Source: Dimargaris cristalligena (taxonomy: Eukaryota). From it: a stretch of 41,059 bases of DNA. Shown one piece after another: positions 11,888-22,726 of the stretch. The position numbers and the translations under genes are program-made. Positions within the stretch are counted from its first letter, which is position 1. Each line of letters begins with the position of its first letter. The notes beneath the pieces were generated by a model. That model was not told the origin of the DNA, ran no database searches, and saw nothing but the letters and a program-made list of their open reading frames with translations. The stretch is taken from the NCBI GenBank assembly GCA_003614675.1, contig ML002331.1:1-41059 (forward strand), given 5' to 3'.

Positions 11888-14539
11888 ATGTCAACGGCCA
11901 TTATGAGCAGCACCGCCCCTATTGATATACTTCCGCCCCCCCTCTCTCCGCCGGCTTCTATGAATATCGACAATGTAGCTTCCTATACAAGTCCACCGGC
12001 GGTTGAGGGTGGATCATCACAGCTACCCCCATCACAACCTCCGCCGTCCACGTTGGAACCATTGTCCTTGTCGATGTCCCCAAGTGCAACCTTGGCCGCC
12101 GAGGCCCTAGCCAACCTTTCTCCGCCGAAAATCTCCCTGGCTCTAGGAGCCGGGCAGACGCCACCTTCAGCAACACAGTTGCGACCAGCATCCCCCGGCT
12201 CAGCGGCGCCATTACAGCGATTACCATCACTTCTTTCCCCGGTCGATATCAGTAGGCATTGCAGGAGCCAGACCCCCCCACCGGTTAATCATCTGTCGTC
12301 ACTACCACCCCTCCGCCTCCACTCCAAGCCTCCACCCATCGAGAAGGAAGATGCGGCAAGCCATATCTCCACAACACGGACGGGGGAGCACCCCCATCGC
12401 AATCACCTTCTATCTAGCAGCAGCGACCCTCCACCTAGTCGGGACACCCAGGCATCCACCCTAGGGAGGGAGCCCGCGGCCAGCCAAGGTCCAGGGGGCA
12501 GTCACTCCAACCACAGTACTTTGCCCACCAATTCGGTGCGCCACAACCAGAGTGTCTACGACTCTATGAGTCGGAAACGGGGTTCGAACAATAACGTATG
12601 GAGCGATGATGACGCTAAAGTTCTCTTGGACCGCATCCTGCATAACCTGGACGAATACCACCGCGCAAACAAGACGACGTATTACCGGGATATGGCCCAC
12701 TTGGTGTTCGAAAGTCGGTACACGGAAGCCCAGGTCAAGAACAAAATTACGTCGCTTAAAAAAGGGTACCACCTTGCCCTGGACCAGATCGCCACTTACC
12801 AAAGCCGCAATCCGAGCGACAATCCCGCGGTACAAGCCCAGGAAATAAGCAAGATTAAGCAGCACAACAGTCGGTTCTTTGCGGAGATTGACGAAATTTT
12901 TGGGCCGTCACGTAAAGACCGCCCATTATCAACCACCCATGTCCCGTCGGCGATCTACACCGAAGCGGAGGAGAGTGAAAGTCGACGGCGTGGTGGTGGC
13001 CCTTCCTCACTGAACACTTCGCCGGTTGTTGCAAATCAGGCCTTTGTGCATCGATCGCATATTCATCCACCACCACAGTCACGCTTCCATCCCTACCAAA
13101 GTCCTGAAGTCCGAAATCTTTCCCACTCCGTGGTAAGCGGCTCCCATCACCGACCTCATTCGGTCAGTCCGATCGTCGTACCCCGCTATGCTAGTGGTGG
13201 CCGTCACACTGCCGCCAGTCAACCTTCGGGGTCATACCCCGGTCCCTACGCTCCACCGGCATCTTCGACAACTATCGGAACTGGCTCTCACCCCTCGGCG
13301 CAAGCGTTAGGAGGTCATTCGACGGGCTATGACCGCACCTACGGTCCCACCGGGAGTGATTACCACCACCACCCTGTACCCTCGTTCGCTGACCGATCGT
13401 CGCATCCCGAAAATCCGGACTTGGCTTTGCCTTTACAGAACCTGCTGCACGGGTCTCGTCGCCTACTTACCGATTTTTCTAAACTGTTGGAAGTTTACGG
13501 CGGGTCACTCCGTTTTGATACCACCGGATCCACCTCCCACTCCTCCACGACGTCTTTATTACCGGAGCTGACTGAATTTCTTCGCAATTTAGACCATATT
13601 TTAGACCTTCGGTCTCACCTTGAGTCCGACCGTCCCGAATACCGGGCGATGCGCCCATCACAAGGTGGACAAGTCAGCGGATACGAAGAGCACGGCTGTT
13701 TGCCCAAAATGACCTCGCAAAATGGTTGGGAGCCCTATCCTCCAGCACAGCTACTGTCACCGCCCCCACATCAACCGGCAAGGTTACCCATTCCACACGA
13801 AGCTACGTCATCCGCCCCCAATAGCTTGTTTGCTAATCGACCCCGATCCAGCAGTTCTGCGGGACAGGGCCTTTCCATGGGGAACGGGCCGCCGGCGGTA
13901 TCCCATTTTTCGAACCCGCCTTCATCCACCCCCACTGCATCTACCCGCGTTCCGGCCAAATATCATCAGAACCAGCACCAGCTCCACTACTCCTATCCCC
14001 CTGACCCGGCCTATTCCTCCGGTGGCGATAGCCAGCCCAAGACAGCCCGACACGCCCACTCCCATTCGTATCAGCCCAACTCTGGCGAATCCCACCCGTC
14101 ATTCCCCGACGAAGAAGACATGGGCAAAACATCCCAGCATGCGTTTTCCACGGCAGCAGTCGGTACCTTGGCCTACGGGGGCGTGAGCCCATCCTTCCAG
14201 CCGAGAATGGGGGAGAGTAGTCATCTTTCAGCAATGGAGTCACCCGGTCCCCTATCCTCCCGACCGGCGCGTCATTCACCGTTGGTTTCTGCGAATTACC
14301 TCCGTCGAACCGAGGCCACCTCCCCATACAGCAATCCATTGCCCCCACCACCACTGCCCCAACCCATTACGACCTCGCCCTACTCCTCGATGCCCGGGAA
14401 TTCCATGCCGCGCCTTCGACACATGGTTCTACCACATGATCGCTCGGATTCGCCGACTTACTCCCGTAGGGATAGCGAGAATAGGAGTAATACCACGCTA
14501 TCCCGAACCCATGCCTCCCCCCACAATCCGCCCCGTTAA
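11888..14539 (+). CDS. Myb/SANT-like (trihelix) DNA-binding protein, ~883 aa, mostly Pro/Ser/His low-complexity; probable transcription factor
   Basis: Single-exon ORF; first true ATG is 11888 (the track start 11843 is TTG). Segment ~12596-12904 (WSDDDAKVLL...YTEAQVKNKITSLKKGY...RFFAEIDEIFG) fits the Myb/SANT-like trihelix pattern. Also an SRKRG basic patch and an RFHPY PY-NLS-like motif. Confidence 0.85.
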   Translation: MSTAIMSSTAPIDILPPPLSPPASMNIDNVASYTSPPAVEGGSSQLPPSQPPPSTLEPLSLSMSPSATLAAEALANLSPPKISLALGAGQTPPSATQLRPASPGSAAPLQRLPSLLSPVDISRHCRSQTPPPVNHLSSLPPLRLHSKPPPIEKEDAASHISTTRTGEHPHRNHLLSSSSDPPPSRDTQASTLGREPAASQGPGGSHSNHSTLPTNSVRHNQSVYDSMSRKRGSNNNVWSDDDAKVLLDRILHNLDEYHRANKTTYYRDMAHLVFESRYTEAQVKNKITSLKKGYHLALDQIATYQSRNPSDNPAVQAQEISKIKQHNSRFFAEIDEIFGPSRKDRPLSTTHVPSAIYTEAEESESRRRGGGPSSLNTSPVVANQAFVHRSHIHPPPQSRFHPYQSPEVRNLSHSVVSGSHHRPHSVSPIVVPRYASGGRHTAASQPSGSYPGPYAPPASSTTIGTGSHPSAQALGGHSTGYDRTYGPTGSDYHHHPVPSFADRSSHPENPDLALPLQNLLHGSRRLLTDFSKLLEVYGGSLRFDTTGSTSHSSTTSLLPELTEFLRNLDHILDLRSHLESDRPEYRAMRPSQGGQVSGYEEHGCLPKMTSQNGWEPYPPAQLLSPPPHQPARLPIPHEATSSAPNSLFANRPRSSSSAGQGLSMGNGPPAVSHFSNPPSSTPTASTRVPAKYHQNQHQLHYSYPPDPAYSSGGDSQPKTARHAHSHSYQPNSGESHPSFPDEEDMGKTSQHAFSTAAVGTLAYGGVSPSFQPRMGESSHLSAMESPGPLSSRPARHSPLVSANYLRRTEATSPYSNPLPPPPLPQPITTSPYSSMPGNSMPRLRHMVLPHDRSDSPTYSRRDSENRSNTTLSRTHASPHNPPR

Positions 14540-16974
14540 ATCCCCCTCCCTCCCCTATAGTGAAGAATCTGATATCGGACATCTCCACCAGTCTAGTTTT
14601 CGCGGTGGCTTATATTTAAGCTCTATTTTATTACATTTGTTCTGTATGTTATGTGCCCTTTTAATTGCGGATACATCATTCGATCTAATATTTGCCCTCT
14701 CTGCGAACCAGCCCCCAGTGGTTCCAGGTCCATCTCCTACAATCTATTTCTCTATATATCTAAGCTGCATAGTTTGTACTCTACCTTTGCCAACTCAGTG
14801 ATTGATCAAAAGTAATGCCCACCCAAAAGTTATCTGTATTTTCATTTAGATTTATTTTACATATGAATACCAGGGCATCCCTTTAATCTACGGATTTATT
14901 TTAGTAAAATGATTAGAAAATAGGGTGTAATCAAGGACAAGGCATGTCTGAGGGCTGGTGAAGGTTGTGGGTTGGGTTTTTAGTGATAAGGTAATACTTA
15001 AATCCATGTTACAGTGGGAGTCCCGTTGCCAGGATGGTTAAGTGGTAATACTTGGTGTATTTTAGACGAACACCTCATACCGTTACCAAGCGGTGGCATC
15101 AATCCAATAAACGACACGATTTCCCCGCCCTGTCTCCATATATCGAAAGCATGAAGGTGATTTTATGAAGGTATGTCCTTTTTCCGCTCTTCACCATTAG
15201 AGTTAGTACGAGTGGCGATGGCAGCACCAACCGTTACTCCCATTTAGTCTTCTGAATTGGGTCTTGGGCATAGCCACCTGCCGACATTGTACTAAAACCA
15301 GAGCTATAGATTGGACCTAAAAGTGATGTTTAAATGAGCTACAGTAGCGCTTGGGATTATCAAAATATTTAATGTACTTGTTCATATCGACTGTTGTATC
15401 TATTCTAAAAGGCCGAGTTCTAGGCGATAGGCACGATTTTGTTACTTGGTTTCTAGTCTTCCTAGTTTTTTCTGAACTTTCCAATCAACCCACATTTCAT
15501 TTTTGGAGGCCAGTATTAACAAATCCACTTCACTAATGTAGTTATTGGATTTGAATAGGTAAAGAGAGAGAATGGCGAGACTTCTATCCCCTCCAAATGC
15601 TGCCACCATAGAAAGTCACTATTACCTACTGGACACCACACCGCAACTTTGTTTGGGGTCTATCATAGTCCTTAAACTGCTACCATTTCGCCACTGGAGC
15701 TACTGCTAATAATACTTGGCACTAGAAATAATGACCAATCCGGAATTGACATGCTTTGAAAAATAACTACGGAAATTAGTTATACAAGTTGATTCCTTCT
15801 AATTAGATCATCAACGGCCCAAGGTTAGCAAACTCATATTTTTTTGGACGAACCGACATCACCAGCCCTTCCCTTATATCAGCCACTCTATCCCATTGCA
15901 TTGTTTAAATGGTACATTGATTACAAAAAATACTGCGGTTATTGACCTCGAAGAATGCTGGAGTTATACAAGCGGGTTTGCATCTATAACCGGTTGTGTA
16001 ACATGGCAAACAGTGAATGGTAAATGCCAAGCCGTCGGTAGGAATTAGGGGAGCCAAGCGAAACTCGCCACTGCGACACTCTAGATGCCACATCAACGGA
16101 GCTGGCTTTGTAGTTGGCGCAACAGAACATGTAATACCTTTTTTCCTGATATTCTAAAGGGCACCAGTCTTGCTATTATAAGAAGCTAAGGTTAAGAATC
16201 AATTATAACTTAAATACTGAGTTTGGGCTATTGGTGATTCGTTGAGGGATGATGATTGCAATCACTATATAATCGACCACCCTTGTTTTAGAGACATCAA
16301 GTGTATTTATTTAAGAGCGGAACGTATTTTTGACAGATATAATAGAGACTATTCGCGATAAATGTGGCTCAGTTTTGAGTGGCTTGAGGTCTTGGTGTCT
16401 GTACCCCCAGTCAAAAATGCCACTGGGCCAGCTCTCGCCTATGGAATTTTAACTATGTACGAGTATAACAAGGCCAAGAAATGATGAGGCTGCCCAGCTA
16501 CTAATATGCCGAATGTGACCAAATCTCCTATGTAGGCTGCTAAACAATGCATACTCGAATCTACGCCTACAAATCAATATTGGGGTAAGCGGGCTTCTAA
16601 CCAGGGGTATATTCAATATGGAATGGTGATACGAAGGAATACATGTATTCGAAGGATAGCACCAAAATCACTTATAATATGCCCCGTGGCGTAAATATTA
16701 AATATATAGGCCTATCCTTGGCTTAATCTAAACAAAATCGCGGCGGATGGAGGCGATGGGAACCTTCCCTGCGGCCTATGCTTTATGTCGATACGCTTGG
16801 TGGCGTTGTGACCTTGCTAATGCTTTAGTTGCACAAATGGGGCATCTGGGTTTTTATTGGGGGTGGGGGGCTCCGAGAAGGCAAGAGTGGCCGAAAGAAG
16901 GAATGGACTTAGAAATATGTTACAGTGGGCAGTTCATATTCAGCTACTGACCAACACCCAAACTAGGCCAACTT

Positions 16975-17004
16975 GTCAGTCAGTCAGTCAGTCAGTCAAT
17001 CAGT
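16975..17004. repeat. (GTCA)6 tetranucleotide repeat upstream of the CaaX ORF promoter
   Basis: gtcagtcagtcagtcagtcagtcaatcagt read directly. Confidence 0.9.
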
Positions 17005-17053
17005 GAACAACGCCAAATATTAGGCGATGGCCAGGAGACTGGGGGCGACCAAA

Positions 17054-17060
17054 TATAAAA
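17054..17060 (+). promoter_or_regulatory. TATA box of the small CaaX ORF
   Basis: TATAAAA 130 nt upstream of an ATG in CCACCATG context, with an ATG-free C/A-rich leader between them. Confidence 0.65.
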
Positions 17061-17183
17061 AGGAGGCCACTTTGTCCCTCTAATCAACCTTACCCCAACC
17101 TCACAATAGTTCCAATACTAACACCAATACTCACGAATCACACTACCTCCCATCCTTCTACTCTCCTTCAAGCCCTCTCCACC

Positions 17184-17372
17184 ATGTGTTCCGCCGCCGT
17201 CGCTCCCACCTCTATGGCCACCAACCCCCCGATGAACCCTAATTTGACCCGCATCTCTGCTCCGAAAATGGCCGTCACCAGACCCACTAAAGGCAGGGTC
17301 CAGCCGATTTACAACCACCCTTTAGCGCAGCTGCCTAAGCCCAAACAGTCGACTGCCTGCATTATGATGTAA
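17184..17372 (+). CDS. 62-aa small protein ending in CaaX motif CIMM (predicted farnesylated; lipopeptide-pheromone-precursor-like)
   Basis: Upstream TATA, strong start context ccaccATG, C-terminal ...KPKQSTA-CIMM-stop, and AATAAA at 17616-17621. Confidence 0.7.
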   Translation: MCSAAVAPTSMATNPPMNPNLTRISAPKMAVTRPTKGRVQPIYNHPLAQLPKPKQSTACIMM

Positions 17373-18789
17373 ATTAGGTCAAACGCAGCCAAAAAAAAAC
17401 AACTTAAGCCCGCGCGGGTTCGCACTTGGAGATGTAGACCGTACCTTCCCCCCCATACTACAAAGATCTACCGAACGACGCCGGCCGTCCTCGACGATTA
17501 CCGTTGCTTTCATATCTGACCAAACTCTCGGCCACTTTACTCCCCAAAGGATACGGTGTAGGTTAAACTTAGCACATTGTTAACCTAGGCCACCTTACCC
17601 TGTATGTCAATGTCAAATAAAGTCGATCATCTATATAACCTATATCGGTAGACTCTAGTATATAGATCCCAATTGCTGGATAGTTTTGTTTAAATCTAAA
17701 GAGGTGGAAATCTCCCGACAAGACTACTTTTTATATTGGATTGGCGAATAGCAGGCCTTCAATTGATCCCATCCGATGGATGGGAGAGGTAAAATCGCAA
17801 TGGTCCACCAATTAGATACGCCACCGTATTACATGGTTTGGGCGAATTTTGGCAACGTGTGGGGAAATTGTTTAGGGTGACGTAGCCCTGGGGATTAAGC
17901 CAAATGTGGCGTCGTATCCTAGTCAGCCTAATAATGTATGAAGGCTCCGATGAATTTTAAAAATGTCTGTGGACTAAACAAACAACTAACCTGATAATAC
18001 CTCTAGGCTAAAATAATATATAGATGCTGCTCTAATAGGTTTAAATAAAACATAATGGACTTTATAAAAATGATTTAATGTAGTGCTGAAATGTCAGCAG
18101 TAAAAAGGCGGTAGTAATGCCAATGGCCCATCGAGACGAGCCAACTTCCTGTTAAATACACCTCACCTTATTGTATTTTCATTAAAATTACCCCTGTAAA
18201 ATTGTAGAGTTATGCGACAACCACCTTGACAGCATCTCCACTATTGTTTTACAATTCCCCCCTGTTTCATACACTGAGCAAGGCAGAAAAGAAAGGGAAA
18301 TATAATATAAAGGAGGAACCAAACAGACCACGAGGCTTACGCCAACTCTTCACTGCGGCCTCCCTTGGCTTTGGCTTGGCGTTTTCCCGGGTCAACCAAC
18401 CCCTTCTTCTCCTCGTACTTTGGGTGATACTCCACCCCAACTTTACTCTTCAAGCCTCTGTTCTGTGCCGGATCCCCCTTGACTCTTATGCCTACCTTTC
18501 TGTTCTTTCTTGGTCGTTGAAATTCCCAAGCACGCCTTTGCTAACTCGTACATTCCCTTTCTTACACTCTACTCGCCTCATTTATTAACAGGCCTATTTA
18601 AGTTTATTTCTGGGGAATTGTCCCATTGCCCTAGTTCTGCCTCTACTTCCAACCAACAAGTCCTTGAGTTGTCGTCATAAGCAGTGCGTCTCTGGCCCCA
18701 ATCCTCCATTTGAAGACTGCAGTCGTTTATTCCGGCAATTTCGGCCTTATTGTTGTTCCACTGTACACCCGATTCCGTTCGTAATTAGC

Positions 18790-21120
18790 ATGCGACCCCT
18801 ATCGCCATTCGGCTATCCGGTTGGTCAGCGTCAGAGGGCAGGGGGGCTTCGGCGGCGGTCCCTGCTGCTCTTAGTGCTAGCCCTCTATCTTTCGGCCACC
18901 AATCTAGCCTGGGCCCATTCGCATTCTACCACGCCCCAGCCCTTCATTCGGGAAGCCCCGGCTGATTCGCTGGGTCCCAGCCGAGTAATTGTCGCCCGGG
19001 ATCTCGAAGATTCCACCTATGGTGTACGTAGTGCCGATCGTGCGCCCCTCAGCGATGACCCCGACGAACGCTACCATTGCTCGTCCATCTACGGAACCAA
19101 TACCGTTTTGGGCAGCTTTCGACCCGCCTTGGTGAATGTCAGTTTCAACACGGGGTCCTCGGCGCAAGTGGCCCTGGTCGTGTTTAATTGGCTCGACCAG
19201 GACCATTTGGGTAAGCCCAATCCCGCCTCCACTCCGGCCAACCCCACGCCCAAGGTGTTTGTCTGTACCGACGATGCCATGACCCTCCTATTATGCGACC
19301 GGTCCGAATACGGCCAAATCCTGGTCTCTGACCCCCAAACGACCCACTCGCCTATCCTTACCCGATACGTAGACTTAGCCGCCATTACGGACGCCGCTGA
19401 CTTGACCAATATCCTGAGCTACCCCGTGGCCGAAACGGGTATTTATTGCGTGGAGGCGGTATCGTTCCGGAGTCCCTCACCGGAGTCATTTTCCGGGGAA
19501 GTTCAGTGGATTAATCCCTACGGCAACCTCCCGGCTGTGTCGTACCCCAAAATCATGTTCTACGGTCTCATGACCATCACTTATCTAATTGTCGGTCTAC
19601 TGTGGCTTGTCGGCACCATTCGCTACTGGCGGGAGATTCTGCCCGTGCAAAACTACCTGTCCCTCCTGCTTATCTGTCTGCTCGTCGATTTCGCCGTCGA
19701 GTTTTGGTTTTTCCTTCATTACAATACGTACGGGTCGAAGTCGTTGCCCCTAACTATCTTCCTCATCATCCTAAGCGCCCTGCGCAACAGCTTGTCCTTC
19801 TTTATGCTTCTGCTGGTGGCTCTAGGATACAGCGTAGTCAAACCTTCTTTGGGTAGCACCATGCTCAAGTGCCAAATTCTGGCTGGTCTGCAGTTCCTGT
19901 TTGCTACTCTATACGGTATTGCCACCATCGCACGGTTAGGTAACAGCGATTCGGAACTGGTGGCTTTCATCGCCCTTTTACCTTTGGCCATTACCATGGC
20001 TACCTTCTACCTCTGGATCCTCATTGGTCTTTCGCGCACCGTACGCTTTCTCCAGATGCGGCACCAGCACTTCAAACTGGCCATGTACCGCAACATCTGG
20101 CGCCTTCTCTTCTTCTGCGCCTGTATCATCATGCTTCTTGTCCTGGTCAACATCATCAATTTCGTGTTCCGGAACGACCGCAAATGGATCGTCTTCCGCT
20201 GGCAGGTCCAATGGGTCCTTTTCGACGGCTGGCTCAACGCCCTTTACACCTTCGCCTTCTTCATCATTCTCTACCTCTGGCGGCCGACGAAACATAACTC
20301 GCGGTACGGACTGGAGGAATTGGCGGGGGATGAAAGTATCGCTAATGCGCGGGACGAGGAATTCTCCCCCGGGTTATCCCCCACCTTAGTGGTCCGCGGC
20401 GGCGGGGTTAATCCAATGTCGGGCGCGGGGGCTGACTTCCACCGGAGCAGCCAGTCCGTCCGGCACAACAGTCGGGGCGGAGCCGCCGACACCCATGACG
20501 CGGCCATGCACGAGATGGATCCCGCCATTGTGCTCCGTCAGTTTAACTCGCCCGATAATTTCGACGATTTCCTAGACCAGGAAGGCGAGGACGACGACGG
20601 TGACCGGAATAGTATTCACCACCCCGATTTCCATCGCCAAGACACGATATTCTCCTCATCAGCCGATGCGGCTTCCCATTCGCCCCAAGCCGTTAAATTG
20701 AATGGTTCCGCCGACGATATCCCTACCGTCGGCCGTAGCGGTGGTGGTGGTGGTAGTGGCCATTATGCGTCCATCCGAAGCCAAGGTGGGATGAGTGACG
20801 ATCACCTGAGTCATTCGATGATGGGACGCTCAACATCCATTTCCCGGTTGCATTCTCAGGATACCACCACCCTCTTCGACGTCGGGGACCAATTCGACCA
20901 CGACTTGGATCGTGACGAAGGGGATCCCGATAATGACCAAGCTCCCCTAACCGCCTCGGCCGCCCCGCCCGCTGGTAGTGGCGCTACCGGCTCCCGTCGA
21001 CCCCAACAGTCCCTTACGGAGCAGTTGGTGGATCGGGACTCCGATAGCCCTGGCAACAGCCCTAAAAGTAGTCTAGACGACTTTGCCGACTTTCAACAAA
21101 GCAGCAGCCACTTGCGCTAG
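18790..21120 (+). CDS. PTM1: PTM1 / GPR107-TMEM87 (lung seven-transmembrane receptor, GOST) family protein, ~776 aa
   Basis: Signal peptide (SLLLLVLALYLSATNLAWA). Lumenal domain with YPVAETGIYCV and WINPYGNLPAVSYPK. Seven hydrophobic segments including RNSLSFFMLLLVALGYSVVKPSL and YLWRPTKHNSRYGLEEL. Long acidic tail. First ATG is 18790. Confidence 0.9.
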   Translation: MRPLSPFGYPVGQRQRAGGLRRRSLLLLVLALYLSATNLAWAHSHSTTPQPFIREAPADSLGPSRVIVARDLEDSTYGVRSADRAPLSDDPDERYHCSSIYGTNTVLGSFRPALVNVSFNTGSSAQVALVVFNWLDQDHLGKPNPASTPANPTPKVFVCTDDAMTLLLCDRSEYGQILVSDPQTTHSPILTRYVDLAAITDAADLTNILSYPVAETGIYCVEAVSFRSPSPESFSGEVQWINPYGNLPAVSYPKIMFYGLMTITYLIVGLLWLVGTIRYWREILPVQNYLSLLLICLLVDFAVEFWFFLHYNTYGSKSLPLTIFLIILSALRNSLSFFMLLLVALGYSVVKPSLGSTMLKCQILAGLQFLFATLYGIATIARLGNSDSELVAFIALLPLAITMATFYLWILIGLSRTVRFLQMRHQHFKLAMYRNIWRLLFFCACIIMLLVLVNIINFVFRNDRKWIVFRWQVQWVLFDGWLNALYTFAFFIILYLWRPTKHNSRYGLEELAGDESIANARDEEFSPGLSPTLVVRGGGVNPMSGAGADFHRSSQSVRHNSRGGAADTHDAAMHEMDPAIVLRQFNSPDNFDDFLDQEGEDDDGDRNSIHHPDFHRQDTIFSSSADAASHSPQAVKLNGSADDIPTVGRSGGGGGSGHYASIRSQGGMSDDHLSHSMMGRSTSISRLHSQDTTTLFDVGDQFDHDLDRDEGDPDNDQAPLTASAAPPAGSGATGSRRPQQSLTEQLVDRDSDSPGNSPKSSLDDFADFQQSSSHLR

Positions 21121-21193
21121 ACTAAAAGGGAGGGGGTAGACGCTGAATATTAAACACCTGTTCTCCTCCTTGTTCCCTCTTTAGGGACCTCCT

Positions 21194-21196
<3 letters not shown>

Positions 21197-21233
<37 letters not shown>
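21197..21233. repeat. (CT)n microsatellite in the PTM1 3' region
   Basis: Direct reading of the sequence. Confidence 0.9.
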
Positions 21234-22726
21234 CTTTTTACCTTACTAATTGTATTTGTGGGTTGCACACTTGGGCGAATGTTTTGGTGCGAGTGATACC
21301 ACTTAGTAAGAAATTTTATAGGTCAGGACCAAGTGGATGGCCATCTATACCCGAAGCATCCAAACATTTTTGCCGTTTTAAACAATATCTCATTGCAAAG
21401 TCGATAAATTTGAAGGCCTATTTTCACGGCTAGCACTCCGTTGGGGTGACCCCTACCCCCTTTTTTATCCCATTTTTACTACTATTTTGGGCAATATATA
21501 TAGCGGTGCTCTTATTTCTATTTCAACCATTTTGTTTGTACATTTCGCATTATTTTTTGCTGTGCCTGCCCATCTCGCTTCCATAATCCGTTTTTGGCGC
21601 AATAACACGAACCCCCTTTGCACATCCGTCGCCGCTTATGAGAGAAAACTAGTACAATATTATCGGGGGAAGCTGATTTTTTATATAGAAATTTACACAT
21701 CATTACATGAGGAGGACACAGATGCTCTGAGCATGGCTATATGAGCCATAAGTCAAATAATTTGTGCGTCCCCAACCTTACATGAGACAAGTATCGCTCC
21801 AGTCCTATCCCTCAGACCCCTCCTTTGGATGGAGATGATACAATACTGGATGTAAAAATCAACCTTATACAATTAGGTGCAGGTGCACCAATGTTAAACT
21901 ATAGCGGATCAAGCTACCCTTGTATTTTGCCATTTCATTTAGCAGAAATAGTGGGGTCACCGAATAGGGAGGGCTCTTAGCAAGTATTGGCGGCGTAAAA
22001 TTACAGTCTATAATTCCTAAAATAATTATATTCATTGCTGGAATCTATTAAATGTCGATAGAATGTCTTCCATGCCAACTGGAAGAACATCTGGCAGCAC
22101 TGTCCTGAACGCACAAGGAAGCAATACGATTGCTCCAATTGTGGTGGATTAACCTAAAAATAATATCAAGATCATACAATGGGGAGTGAAAGAAACGTCA
22201 GACAAGAGGTTATATATTCACTGGCAATATGTCAACTGGGCTGTTCAGCTAATAGGAAAAGGCAATTGGTCCTACCCAACCCCGATAAGTGACTGAATGG
22301 TGTAAATGAAATATAAAAAAGCAAGCGGAGGGGACGCGGAAGTGCATTCGTTTGCCTTTGGGGTTTTTCGGTCCCGGCGATAACTATTATTCCTTTTCAG
22401 TGTCACTCTGGTGACACGCAAATGAAGGACGAGATACACTATCGATATTGCCCACCTCTATTACCCACCGCCTAGCTATATAATGGCTTAGTATTCCTGC
22501 TCGTTCAATTTAACCTCCCGGATCTTAATTTCTCACTGGCTAATTCGACTTCTGATATCCCCTAATTATTCGGTATTGCAACCATCGCCAATTCCCAGCG
22601 GCGTCGATTTACATTCGCAAGTGCACATGCAGTGTTGGTCACTGTATATATGAGGACTATTCTAAAATTACATCCTCTTTCACTCCCACTAGAATCTCGG
22701 CATTTAGCTTCATTTTGTACTTCAGC

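Noticed and set aside
17184-17372. G-protein gamma subunit interpretation of the CaaX ORF
   Set aside because: No N-terminal coiled-coil helix and no DPL/NPF motifs; Pro-rich throughout. Disfavoured, though not excluded without an HMM search.
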